A stretch of DNA of 64,000 nt, from positions 12,396 through 76,395 of IMG/VR virus record IMGVR_UViG_3300047444_000198, one strand, 5' to 3'. The position numbers and the translations under genes are program-made. This stretch comes from a virus. Below the pieces are notes generated by a model. The model ran no database searches, had not been told where the DNA came from, and saw only the letters and a program-made list of their open reading frames with translations. Position 1 is the stretch's first letter; every line of letters starts with the position of its first letter. Shown here in pieces: positions 44,104 to 53,847 of this stretch.

Positions 44104-45447
44104 GTGATTACCGACCACCTTCCCGATTGGATGAGCACCTACGTCAGCGAGACCGCTGCGGAGTTGCAAGTCCCGATCGATGCCGTTGCTCTGCTGAGCC
44201 TCGGCGCTCTGTCCGCTGCCGTGAACGGCGGCGCCACTTCGCTCCCGGTCGATTCCTGGGCCGAGCCGTGCGTGCTCTACACCGTCGCCCTGCTGGCGTC
44301 GGGCGAGGGCAAGTCCCCGGCCTTCACGAAGCTCTTGGAGCCTGTCGTGCGGGCGTTCGAGGAAGTCACTGGCGTGCACCAGGCCACCGATGCCAAGACG
44401 CAGACGATCCGCAACCGGGTCAATCGCAAGCACATCAAGAAGGTCGAGAGCGATGCGCTGCGGGCCGTGGCCAAGGGTTCGATGAGCCTGGAAGAGGCCA
44501 TCGGGGAAATCGCCGCCGCCGAGCGGGCCGTCGCCCTGTTCAACAACACCAACATCCCGCTAAAGGTCGTCACCGACGTGACGCCCGCTGGTCTGCTCGA
44601 TGCCTTGCAGGACAACAACGGTCGCGTTGTGATCGCCAGCCCGGAGGCCGAGAGCCTGATGAGCTTCCGGGGAGGGTCCAAGGAGGCCATCCTTAAGGGC
44701 TTCGATGGCGAGACCATGACACAGGGCCGTCGTGGTACCGGTGAGGTCACCATCGCCCGCCCGACCATCACGGCGATGCTGGCGATGCAGCCAGCCATCC
44801 TCGGGTCGCTGGGCGCCGACATGGTCAACCGTGGCGTGATGCCCCGGTTCCTGATCAGCTACCCGGAGTCCATGGTGGGCCACCGTGAGGCTCGCACCGT
44901 CCTGGTCTCGCCTGAGGCTGAGGCTGAGTACGAGGCCGAGATGACCAGGATCGTGACCGCCTACAGCGAGCCACGGCCGAAGCTCATCACCTGGGACCCC
45001 GCTGCCAAGCGTGAGATCGGCACCTGGCGGGTCGAGATCGAGCCGTTGCTGGCGCCGAACGGTCTCTTGGCGTCCATCGCCGCATGGGGTTCCAAGGTGC
45101 GTGGGGCGCACTTCGTTCGCCTGGCGGCGCTCCTGGGGATCGCCAACGGCCGGGACTTCGTCAACGTGGACGATTGCGTCCAGGCCAAGGCCATCCTGCG
45201 CTCGCTCATGATCGACGCGAAGCGGGCGTTCGGGGCCATGGGGGCGTCGTTCTCCGACGATGACGTGGTGCACCTGATGAGCATCGTGGAGCGCCTTCCG
45301 GAGCGCACGTTTGCCAAGCGCATGATCATGCGCCGGTCCAACAGGCTTAAGACGCCCGACCGGGCGGGCCAGGCTCTCGACAAGGCCGTGGAGGAAGGTC
45401 TGCTGACCTACGACGAGGGCACCAAACAGTGGACCTACGTCGAGTAG
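44104..45447 (+). CDS. DUF3987/YfjI-family P-loop protein (replication/primase-helicase associated)
   Basis: ELQVP.D, LYTVALLASGEGKSP, TDVTPAGL, RGVMPRFL, RLAALL. Confidence 0.8.
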   Translation: MITDHLPDWMSTYVSETAAELQVPIDAVALLSLGALSAAVNGGATSLPVDSWAEPCVLYTVALLASGEGKSPAFTKLLEPVVRAFEEVTGVHQATDAKTQTIRNRVNRKHIKKVESDALRAVAKGSMSLEEAIGEIAAAERAVALFNNTNIPLKVVTDVTPAGLLDALQDNNGRVVIASPEAESLMSFRGGSKEAILKGFDGETMTQGRRGTGEVTIARPTITAMLAMQPAILGSLGADMVNRGVMPRFLISYPESMVGHREARTVLVSPEAEAEYEAEMTRIVTAYSEPRPKLITWDPAAKREIGTWRVEIEPLLAPNGLLASIAAWGSKVRGAHFVRLAALLGIANGRDFVNVDDCVQAKAILRSLMIDAKRAFGAMGASFSDDDVVHLMSIVERLPERTFAKRMIMRRSNRLKTPDRAGQALDKAVEEGLLTYDEGTKQWTYVE

Positions 45448-45453
45448 ATCCGA

Positions 45454-45479
45454 AGGCCCGGGGCAAACGTCCCGGGCCT
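45454..45479. terminator. Hairpin between convergent genes
   Basis: AGGCCCGGG-8 nt-CCCGGGCCT. Confidence 0.55.
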
Positions 45480-45492
45480 GCTGCTGTCAGTG

Positions 45493-45768
45493 TCAGTGCC
45501 GGTGCCGACTGGTGTGACACCCACGGCACAGCGGTACCACGTCGTTCTCGTGGCCAGCGTCGTAGCCACGGTGGTGGTGCCACTGATCAGCAGGTTCCCA
45601 GCAGTCAACACAAGCGTGTAGCCGGACCGGAGGCCGACTCCGAGCTACACGCTTGTGGATGGCGTTCCGACGCCTGCGTTCTTGCTCGCTACCGGGGCCA
45701 GGCTCCTGCTCAGGCCAGTCCTGCCGACCCGTCCAAGAGGGGTCCAGAGGGTGCTCGACTACAGACAC
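45493..45768 (-). CDS. HNH endonuclease-like protein
   Basis: CVDC...HHH.GY...VVPLCRGCH...H. Confidence 0.7.
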   Translation of the reverse strand: MSVVEHPLDPSWTGRQDWPEQEPGPGSEQERRRRNAIHKRVARSRPPVRLHACVDCWEPADQWHHHRGYDAGHENDVVPLCRGCHTSRHRH

Positions 45769-45792
45769 GTCCGGAACCTACCCCCAACGGAG

Positions 45793-47151
45793 CTAGTGGC
45801 TTGACCATGGGGTTGGTGAGTCATCCGGGCTCAGGGTCCTCAGAACCTCGTCGCTAGAGACCGGGATGGGCAGTGCCCGAGCCGCCGTTCCAACGCCCTC
45901 ACCGAACAAACGGGACAGCACCCCACCGTTCGCCTTAGCCTCCATGGAGAACCTGAACGTGGCCGAGTCGTCCAGTATGTCCTTCATCTTCGCCATCATG
46001 GAGAAGAGCCTGTCCATCTCGGCCGAGAGCGCTGCGTCAACACCCTGGCCGTCTAGCTGCTCCCCGTACCGGGCGAAGGCCACACGCTGCATCTGCATCT
46101 CGATCCCGGCCTGACAGATGGCCTGGATCTGGTCCTTGGTCCGAGCCTCTACGGGGATGTTGAACGCGCACGTCGCATTCAACTGATGGGCGGGGCAGGT
46201 CGCTGCTAGATAGCACGTGTTGCACTGCCTGAACGACGTCCCCAAAGTGATGATCGTCTGCATGGTCTCAGTGCGCTGAACACCGTCGCCATCGGTCACC
46301 ACGCGGTCGTTGTCCACCATCTCCAAGCCGGGGAGGAGGATCTGCGCTCGCCCTCCTCCGGGGCCGGGTTGGTGCCCGGTCGGTTGATCCACGAGAGCAA
46401 GCCGCCGCTCGCTCGATCCGGTTCCGTCCTGGTCGCTGTAGACCTCGTTGCTTGACAATGGGACCACCGTTCGGGGCGTGTAGCGCTCCTCCCACTCCTG
46501 CCAGGACCGGATCGCCAGCCGCGACGTCTCCACCGGGTCATCCGCCAGCACCTGGCTGTAGTCCACTCCTAGCCGTTCAATGTCAGCCCGGTGCTTGGGC
46601 CGAGCCTCGGCCTTGCGGTTCCCGGCGTAGCGGTGCAGCTTGTTCCCCGCCCACACCTGGGTCTCCCCGAAGCGCTGGGCCATGAGCCAGGCATAGCTCA
46701 CCACCATGTCCAAGCGCTCCACGCCCTTGGTTGCTCCAGTGACGGCGCACAGGATGCTGGCCGTGTACTGGTTCATGATGCGCCGCAGCGTCACAGAGGC
46801 CTTCACGGTGTCATCAGTGAGGCCGACGATGGGCCACACGTTCGGCTCGACACCCTCGCTCCAGAACGGTCCAAAGGCCGCTCCAGGCTCGAAGTGCTTG
46901 GCCCACGTGATCGGCCCGAGCACCATGTAGGGCTGCTGCTCGATGAACGGCTCAGCCATCTCCCACGTGGTCTCCAAGTCGGCGTAGACGATCCAGAGCG
47001 CCCCGTCCGGCAGGTGGCTGTCCACGTCGAAGTTCTTGCTGGCGATCCGGTCCAGGTTGGTGAGGTTGAGCGCGAAGCGCTCGACACCACACTCGATCAA
47101 CAGGTTCCGGTGGCTGGGCTGCTCAGCGCCTGCAAAGAAGAGCTTGGTCAC
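45793..47151 (-). CDS. Hypothetical protein with C-terminal CxxC...C...C cluster
   Basis: 452 aa; RQCNTCYLAATCP...TCAF; TAGCCT box 7 nt before GTG. Confidence 0.65.
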   Translation of the reverse strand: MTKLFFAGAEQPSHRNLLIECGVERFALNLTNLDRIASKNFDVDSHLPDGALWIVYADLETTWEMAEPFIEQQPYMVLGPITWAKHFEPGAAFGPFWSEGVEPNVWPIVGLTDDTVKASVTLRRIMNQYTASILCAVTGATKGVERLDMVVSYAWLMAQRFGETQVWAGNKLHRYAGNRKAEARPKHRADIERLGVDYSQVLADDPVETSRLAIRSWQEWEERYTPRTVVPLSSNEVYSDQDGTGSSERRLALVDQPTGHQPGPGGGRAQILLPGLEMVDNDRVVTDGDGVQRTETMQTIITLGTSFRQCNTCYLAATCPAHQLNATCAFNIPVEARTKDQIQAICQAGIEMQMQRVAFARYGEQLDGQGVDAALSAEMDRLFSMMAKMKDILDDSATFRFSMEAKANGGVLSRLFGEGVGTAARALPIPVSSDEVLRTLSPDDSPTPWSSH

Positions 47152-47237
47152 ACAACAGAGGCTACGTCAGCGCCGCAACAGCAGTACCACGACCACGATG
47201 ACGATGATCAGGATGATGAGACCGCTGCCGATGTACA

Positions 47238-48002
47238 TCAGCCGAGCATGGTTCCCTGGTTGGGGTTGAACGATGAACGACGGCCCCGTACCGAGCGCGT
47301 GGACGGCAGCGGCGCTCCAACACGAGGGATCATGTCCTCCCCCGTGCCGGGAAGCACCGGAGTGGATGAGGCCTCGATGATGGGTCCCTGGGGCCTGGGC
47401 GTGGGTGCTGGGCCACCAGGACGGGCGGTAGCCGGTCCAAGGGCACCGATGGCCTGGTTGCCGGAGTCCAGAGCGGGCGTACGTGCCGGTCCTAGCTCCG
47501 TCATGGGGCCAGCGGGCATCGGGTACCCGGGACCGCTCGTTGAGAAGCCCTGGTAGGCCTGTGGCGCCCCTGCGCCGAGCGCCTTCATGCCCTGGGGCAC
47601 CTCCAAGGGCGGTAGGCCCTCTTCCTCGCCTCCACGCCGGGAAGCCATGAAGTTGCTGATCCGCCGCCCACCCTCGCGGAGATCCTTACCCACACCGGAC
47701 CAGTCGCCCGATGAACCGCCCCAGGGCCGCAGGTGGGGCTGCTGCCCGGGCTGCTGTGTGGGGCTGGACACGTGGTGGCCCTGCTTGACCTTGCCGTAGA
47801 GCGAGCCAGCGTCGGTGTAGTTGTGTGACGACGACGGGCCGAACCGAGCGCCCGAGAGCACGCTGTGATGCGAACCGCCACCACCCTGGTAGCCGTGGAG
47901 CGCCATCGTGTCCATCCCGGCGAACTGCCCGAGCGAAGCCAAGTGCCGAGCCTGAGTCGCCCCCGCCCCGTACCCGTAGCCCCGCATCACCGGGAGTGCC
48001 AT
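47238..48002 (-). CDS. G/P-rich low-complexity protein
   Basis: Start MALPVMRG; contains LGQF and ends NQGTMLG. Confidence 0.5.
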   Translation of the reverse strand: MALPVMRGYGYGAGATQARHLASLGQFAGMDTMALHGYQGGGGSHHSVLSGARFGPSSSHNYTDAGSLYGKVKQGHHVSSPTQQPGQQPHLRPWGGSSGDWSGVGKDLREGGRRISNFMASRRGGEEEGLPPLEVPQGMKALGAGAPQAYQGFSTSGPGYPMPAGPMTELGPARTPALDSGNQAIGALGPATARPGGPAPTPRPQGPIIEASSTPVLPGTGEDMIPRVGAPLPSTRSVRGRRSSFNPNQGTMLG

Positions 48003-48411
48003 GGCTAGCCTCCGCTCCGTTGACGCAACATGCGCTGCTTGGCGGCACTGGCGTGACCGTGGGTCGCACCGTGGGAGCCTCGGGTGCCGTGTGAGCCCTG
48101 CGAGCCCGACGACGAGAGGTTCGACCCGGCCACCCTCCAACGAGGTCGTGGGTCGGCGCCCGGTGTTGACATACACACCGCCGTCTTCAACGAGCCTCGC
48201 GTCAACGCGGGCTTCTCACCCGCACCGCAGATACCACCGCCCCGGACGACCTTGATGCGCTTGCCTCCAACCATCTGGGAGTCATCCTGCTCATCACGCT
48301 TGGCCGGGACCATGTCAGGTACTGTACTCCGTGCTCAGAGACGTGCTCACTCTTGCCCTCTTGGTGGTGCTGTTCGCCCTGGTAGGGCTGTGGGTCACCC
48401 ATGTTGACTGG

Positions 48412-48960
48412 TCAGGCGTCATCAATGGACCAGCCCCCACCACTACGACTACCGACCTCGTCCACCTGGACGCCGTTCGTCCGGTCATGCTGAGCCTGCT
48501 GCAAGGCCACCAGACGCTCCCAGGCTCGTGGTGGACCGTTCGATGGCAGCCAAGCGGGCCGTAGCATGTGATGAGTCAACAGCAGGCTCGACACCCCCAT
48601 GCTGTACACCTGGCGCACCGCGTCAGGGTCCACGTCCAGGTACAGCCCGACCGGCCAACCGGTTCCAAGGGCTTCTCGGACCTGCGAGACCTTCCAAGAG
48701 ACATCGGTCAGCACACTGTCGCCCTTGTCCAGCAGAATCTCGTAGCGCACCGTGTTCGAGCGCATGATGCGCTGAGCTTCTTCTCGGGGACTGGTCGTGA
48801 GCACAACAGTGCGGAACTCCGTCGCCAGGCCCCGGTACATGGCCAGGTGCCGGTCGATCTTGTTGTCCTCGATCGACAGCACCCCCTCCAAGGCGATCAT
48901 CAGCGACTCACCCGCCATCAGATGCGCCTCGGTCGTCGGCCCCCTACGGCCTTGCTCCAC
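48412..48960 (-). CDS. HAD-fold-like protein, probably degenerate
   Basis: LMIALEGVL (motif I-like without Asp), VVLTT, LYLDVDP. Confidence 0.45.
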   Translation of the reverse strand: MEQGRRGPTTEAHLMAGESLMIALEGVLSIEDNKIDRHLAMYRGLATEFRTVVLTTSPREEAQRIMRSNTVRYEILLDKGDSVLTDVSWKVSQVREALGTGWPVGLYLDVDPDAVRQVYSMGVSSLLLTHHMLRPAWLPSNGPPRAWERLVALQQAQHDRTNGVQVDEVGSRSGGGWSIDDA

Positions 48961-49325
48961 GCATCACCTGCGTCAGTGCGCTGCGGCGAATGCTTGGGGG
49001 CGGGCACCCCTCGGGTCTCACCAGCGATCTCGTGCCCTTGACTCCAAAGGGACGAAGCTACGCCCTGGCGCTGGAACTGCTTTGAGGTGTACACGCCGAT
49101 GATCTCACCGGTCTTGTGGTGCCAAGACATTGACCCCATGGGTCGGTGACCGGGATCAACGTAGGACCCCTCCCACCTCCGTCGTTCCGATGGGTGCTCC
49201 TGCGCCCATGATGAGTCAGCATGCTCAGGCTCCCATGCCTCGATGGTGTGCACCGAGAGACCACCCATCGACTTGGGGTTGGCCGGATGGAACACCGTGG
49301 TGAACTGGGTGCCCTTGGTCTGCAT
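48918..49325 (-). CDS. GNAT acetyltransferase
   Basis: IGVYTSKQFQRQGVASSLW acetyl-CoA motif A; HS..RT.AG.AW. Confidence 0.75.
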   Translation of the reverse strand: MQTKGTQFTTVFHPANPKSMGGLSVHTIEAWEPEHADSSWAQEHPSERRRWEGSYVDPGHRPMGSMSWHHKTGEIIGVYTSKQFQRQGVASSLWSQGHEIAGETRGVPAPKHSPQRTDAGDAWSKAVGGRRPRRI

Positions 49326-49586
49326 CTAGACCTGCCGAAGTCGGTGCACCGGCTCCACAGTGGTACCAGTCGGTCCCGGCCTCCAAGACACGTTGACGTG
49401 CGTGCCCCCGGAGTGCTGGGCCACCACCTTGCCCACCTTGCCAGTCTCACCGTGCTCGACCATGGTGCCGGTGGGATGCTCCGGCGCTCCCATGGTGGTC
49501 GAGAAGCGCGCCATCACGGCATCGAACTGCTTGGGGTTCAGGTGACCGGCCTTGCCTAGCTCCCGAAGCGGCTTGAGATTCGGCAT
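49326..49586 (-). CDS. Small protein with LNPKQF motif and a small beta-rich domain
   Basis: Start MPNLKPL coupled to the upstream stop. Confidence 0.55.
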   Translation of the reverse strand: MPNLKPLRELGKAGHLNPKQFDAVMARFSTTMGAPEHPTGTMVEHGETGKVGKVVAQHSGGTHVNVSWRPGPTGTTVEPVHRLRQV

Positions 49587-49842
49587 CACACCACCACCCA
49601 TGTTGTGCCGTTCCACCACGCGTTGCCATCGGTGAGAGGTACGGCGTTGGTCACTGAGCCCCAGGTCGTGGCCGGACTGGCGGTGATGCCCGTACCCGTG
49701 CCGAACTGGGCTTTGGAGGGCACCACACGACCAGCCGGGGTGAACGTGCCGGGGGTACCCATGGTCGCCCCGGTCGGACGATAGGCCGTGTCCGTCCACG
49801 TGGGAGCGTTCATCCACCCGCCACCTGTGAACGCCGAGACCA

Positions 49843-50496
49843 TCAGTGCCCGCCTCGTAGCTTCCGGATGGCCTGTTGTTGAGCCAACGCTTCACGCTGA
49901 CGCTGGCGCTGCTTCACCTTCAAGCCGTCCTCGTCGTAGTCGCCACGCTTCATCCGGATCTGCGGGATCACGTAGCTGTGCACGAACGGGCACAGGTGGC
50001 ACAGGTACATGCGGTCGTTGGGGGCCATGCCCTTCTGGGACTCGTGGTCTCCAACCATCTTGGACTCGCTGAAGACGTCCATGCACCGGTCCGTGGGCCG
50101 GTGGTGCTCGTTGAAGCACGCCATCGCGTCGTCCTTCAACTGGTCCCGCTCGTCGTACATCAAGCCGTGGGAGTCCTTGAGTCCGGTCTGGATCTGCTTG
50201 ATGATGTCGGTGGCCTCCCACGTGAGCTTGTCGATGAAGGCCAGGTCCCACTTCTCCAAGTCAGGGATGTGGATGTCGTCATGGGCGTGACGGCTGACCC
50301 AGTCCTCCAAGGCCGGGTCCCACTTGTGCACCATCGTGGGCATGCCCTTGTCGTCGCGGTAGGTCATGTCAACCTCACGCCCGTCCTCCATCCAGGCAAC
50401 ACGAGCCGGTACCAAAGGCGCGCTGGCGGGGGGATCAGGAAGGCGGGTGAGCGTCCGGCAGATGTGACAGGTAGCTAGGCGAGGCATCAATCCCAC
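49843..50496 (-). CDS. Zinc-binding hypothetical protein
   Basis: CHIC, C..HH...C, YLCHLCP. Confidence 0.6.
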   Translation of the reverse strand: MGLMPRLATCHICRTLTRLPDPPASAPLVPARVAWMEDGREVDMTYRDDKGMPTMVHKWDPALEDWVSRHAHDDIHIPDLEKWDLAFIDKLTWEATDIIKQIQTGLKDSHGLMYDERDQLKDDAMACFNEHHRPTDRCMDVFSESKMVGDHESQKGMAPNDRMYLCHLCPFVHSYVIPQIRMKRGDYDEDGLKVKQRQRQREALAQQQAIRKLRGGH

Positions 50497-51101
50497 TTCT
50501 CCAAGGAGCGCACCTTGTCACGATAGGTGGGTGGTGCGTCAACAGCGTCCGGGTGCGAGAACCGCTCCGTATGTGCTACCACACGGTCCCACGGGATCTG
50601 ACTGCGGGTGCGGGCGTAGGGGTCCACGTTGGACTGGAACCAGTTGTCCCCCTGGTGCACGGCCATCTTGACGATGCGACCCCCGCCGACCACACGGCGG
50701 GGCATGTAGCTGTGCGCCGTCGCCGCCTCGACTCCGGCGTTGGTGCCCTCCCAGCCTGGCTCGATGGCACCCCGCTCGTCGGACTGGACGTAGCCCCGGC
50801 TCTTGGCCTGTTGGAACTCGTCCTCGCTCATGCCCCGGAACACGTGCGTGACATGCCCCGGCAGCGGCGACTCCTTAGGGCCACTGCCACTGACGCCCAC
50901 GTCCCTGATCCCCGGCAGCCATGATGACTCACCAAGCTGCTTGATGAGCCGCTGACGCTTGAGTGAGGAGAACGCATGATCAAGGTCACTCGCCTGCATG
51001 CGAGTGTTCAACCAGTCGGGCGCGTCAGTGTCAACAGGAGTCGAGTGAGGACCCGACTCGATGCCGGGGAAGTCCCGAAGCTGCGTGCCCTTGGGCTGCA
51101 T
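50487..51101 (-). CDS. ADP-ribosyltransferase-like protein
   Basis: HVFRGMSEDE...GTNAG..A.SY...RIVKM...IP..RV layout resembling ART folds. Confidence 0.5.
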   Translation of the reverse strand: MQPKGTQLRDFPGIESGPHSTPVDTDAPDWLNTRMQASDLDHAFSSLKRQRLIKQLGESSWLPGIRDVGVSGSGPKESPLPGHVTHVFRGMSEDEFQQAKSRGYVQSDERGAIEPGWEGTNAGVEAATAHSYMPRRVVGGGRIVKMAVHQGDNWFQSNVDPYARTRSQIPWDRVVAHTERFSHPDAVDAPPTYRDKVRSLEKWD

Positions 51102-52066
51102 CAGTCATAGCCCTCACGGTTGAGCGTGCGCCCCTCGTTGATGGCGTCGTCGTCCATGTAAGCCCGATAGTTGCCCGCCGCCTTCCGCGCCGCAAAGCTC
51201 GCCTCCAAGCGAGCATGGGTGTCTTTGCTGGCCTGGCTCCTGGGATCAGCAGCGGACTCCCGATCGGCCTGGTTGTGTACGAGCACAGAGCCGGGACCGA
51301 ACGGGGTGCCCAAGTCCGAGGGGCGTCCCACCTTGCGGGCCGGATGGTCAGCCTTGTTCTCGGGGGGAGGTGAACCGTGTCCGGCCATCACTCACTCTGC
51401 CCATGCCAAGAGCGCACTGCTCGACGTGGCACTTCCTGCCGAGTGGGGTAGGGAGCCACATCACCAGCCGTGAAGTGCTCCCGAGCCCGTTCACCAGTGA
51501 GATCGCCAGCCCCGGCGATCGCCTTCCAATGAGCGACAGAATCCCTCGTCATCGACGCCTGATCAACCTTGCGGCCAGGGTGGTTGGCCTTGTCTGGCGC
51601 TGGCGGTGATCCGTGTCCGGCCATCAGTAGCCAGCCGGTTCTTGAACGGGAGGCTGAGCGTTGCCGCCACCCGTGCTGCCGTCACCTGTGTCCCGGCCCA
51701 CCTGCCGCGCAGAGTTGTTGGCCTGGTCCTCAGGCGGGTCCGATCCGTATCCAGCCATGGCTACCTCCCGGTGTACTTGTCGCGGCCCTCGCTCAGCCGC
51801 TGTCCGGCAACCCGGACGGCTGTACGTGCCCGCTTGAGGGTGCGGACGCTCCCACCACGTCCACCGTTCATGGCACCGCCTGCTACATCCCAGGCGAAGC
51901 GCGTGCCACGATCACTGAGCTTGGAGCCCGAGCCCACCGGAGGCCGGTACTCCCGCACCGCTCCAAGGTCACTCTGCTCCGTCAACATGCCCGAGTCCCG
52001 GTGCACTACACGACTGGTCTCCAAGGCACGGTCGGGGGGAGGAGGCGAGCCATGTCCGGCCATCAC
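51101..52066 (-). CDS. Four tandem small paralogues sharing an N-terminal MAG[HY]GS.P leader (51101-51391, 51388-51624, 51624-51758, 51761-52066)
   Basis: Shared leader of about 20 aa, unrelated C-termini, coupled starts and stops. Confidence 0.75.
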
Positions 52067-52179
52067 TTCTTCTCCTTCTCGTCCTTCGATCCGAAGGCGG
52101 GAGCCTGCTTGCCGCCGAACTTGGTACCACCCTTGGACGCCGCCTTCTTCTTCTCCTTGGGGGCAGGCTGCTTGGCCAT
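52063..52179 (-). CDS. 38-aa Lys-rich peptide
   Basis: MAKQPAPKEKKKAASKGGTKFGGKQAPAFGSKDEKEKK; GGAGG RBS; coupled on both sides. Confidence 0.6.
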   Translation of the reverse strand: MAKQPAPKEKKKAASKGGTKFGGKQAPAFGSKDEKEKK

Positions 52180-52691
52180 CAGCCCTCCATCACCCGGGGC
52201 GTCGAGCCCTTGTCGGTGAGAGGACGGTCCACGACGTCGCGCCGAGGCAGGTACGCCGAGTACGGCTCGATGGCCTCACCCGCACGGTGGCGCCGAGCGA
52301 AGTCGAAGGGGTCCTGCGGTCGGATCTCGGCGTTGAGGTACTGGAAGGGCATCGTGTTGACTGCACGATCCACCCGCCACTCCATCTCCACGATGCCGCC
52401 GACGTTCGGAGCGATCTGGATGTAGCTGCTGTCGATGCAGCCCTGGCGGAAGTCATCCGTCATGCTGCGGTCTACTGCGTGGGCCATGACTTCTCCTTCG
52501 CCACCTACTAGGGCGCTCCCACCGTACACCCCAGCCTGCCTTCTGGCAGTTCCAACAGGGCTGGAAGATGCCTGTGGTCAGGTCCAACACGGCGCTGTTG
52601 AGGCGACACACCATGCAAATGCAGTCGTGAGCCGCCCACGGCCCGCCATCGGTGACGATGACGGGCTCGTGGAGTTGCGGCTCCAGGAAGA

Positions 52692-53330
52692 TCAGGACTT
52701 GCTGCGAGGGTCCACGACGGGCGGCTCCCCGGTGACCGGGATCTCGTTGGGGAGGGTGTTGTCGGGGTGCTCCCCGCCGCCACCGGGCTGCGGAGGCTGC
52801 TCCGTGGCGTCGGGCGGCACCTGGGCCTTCGACACCGGCTCGTCGGCATTGATGACGATCTCGGTCATCTGGCCCGCCACCACATCGATGGCGATGGACC
52901 CGATGAAGTCGCCGGAGCCGTCACGGTTGGTGTCGTTGGTGTAGGTGACGCTGGCCGAGCCGACGACACCGGTCGGGATGGCGAAGCACTCCGTGGGGTT
53001 GGCGCTCTTGTTCTGGAGCACCCGGACGATGGCGTTGTCGCTGGACTGCCACACGGCATCGCCTGTGATGTCCACGGGGTTGCCGTAAGCGTCGGTGCCC
53101 GACACCGACAGGTGAACCATTTGGTCGGCGGTCAGTTGCAAGGTGATCTCACTTTCTTCGGGTACGGAACCCTGTTCTGTTGATGAATCTGGGAGGGTGA
53201 AGCCTGCTGGCTTGAGACCGATGACGAGGTGCCAATGGAGGATGCGGGCCTTGGGATCGGGCTTCGGGATGACCTCTGTGTGAGTCCACACATCCCAGCC
53301 GAACGGAGCCTTCCCTTCAACGGGGATCAT
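52692..53330 (-). CDS. Ig-like domain protein, possible virion decoration
   Basis: LSVSGTDAYGNPV...VWQSSD..IV pattern. Confidence 0.55.
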   Translation of the reverse strand: MIPVEGKAPFGWDVWTHTEVIPKPDPKARILHWHLVIGLKPAGFTLPDSSTEQGSVPEESEITLQLTADQMVHLSVSGTDAYGNPVDITGDAVWQSSDNAIVRVLQNKSANPTECFAIPTGVVGSASVTYTNDTNRDGSGDFIGSIAIDVVAGQMTEIVINADEPVSKAQVPPDATEQPPQPGGGGEHPDNTLPNEIPVTGEPPVVDPRSKS

Positions 53331-53363
53331 CGGTAGCGCGTCTGTGATGGTGTCTCCCTCCTT

Positions 53364-53780
53364 TCAGCCCATGGGATTGACGTTGCCGCTGGCGTTGCGA
53401 ACAGAGCCGTCCCACATCTGGTCTTCTTCGTAGGCACGACGCATTGTACGCACTTGGGGAGCTACCCAAGACCGACGCTGCGGAGCCCACATCGACGTGT
53501 CCAGAATCTCACTGATGGTGGCCGGGTCATGAACGTAGCCGAACTGCGGGGGAAACAACTGCTGTGGTACCGGAGGCCGAGTCTGAAGAATCTGCTCCCG
53601 AGGCACCTCGGCCCAACGCATCGCCTCATTGGCAACCAGATCATTCTGACCGTAGCCCGGTCGATCTGCCCAGGGAGCACCACGCTGGCCGTCGTCATAC
53701 ACGATCACCGAGCCCGCTGTCGCCGCCCCGGACATGGGGTCCAGATACTCGTACCCGTCTTCCAGGAAACGAACGGCCAT
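53364..53780 (-). CDS. Hypothetical protein
   Basis: TAGGGT box 6 nt before ATG. Confidence 0.6.
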   Translation of the reverse strand: MAVRFLEDGYEYLDPMSGAATAGSVIVYDDGQRGAPWADRPGYGQNDLVANEAMRWAEVPREQILQTRPPVPQQLFPPQFGYVHDPATISEILDTSMWAPQRRSWVAPQVRTMRRAYEEDQMWDGSVRNASGNVNPMG

Positions 53781-53847
53781 GAGACGACCCTACTCCATCG
53801 TTGTGTCATCAGGTGCACTGACACTGACAGGTGTCAGTGTCAGTGGC

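Noticed and set aside
48110-48135. GGTTCGACCC as a tRNA T loop
   Set aside because: No T stem or acceptor pairing; lies inside a plausible minus-strand ORF.
53816-53845. 13-mer palindrome as a simple intrinsic terminator
   Set aside because: No U tract, and most 13-mer copies are unpaired, so hairpin formation is not the general function.
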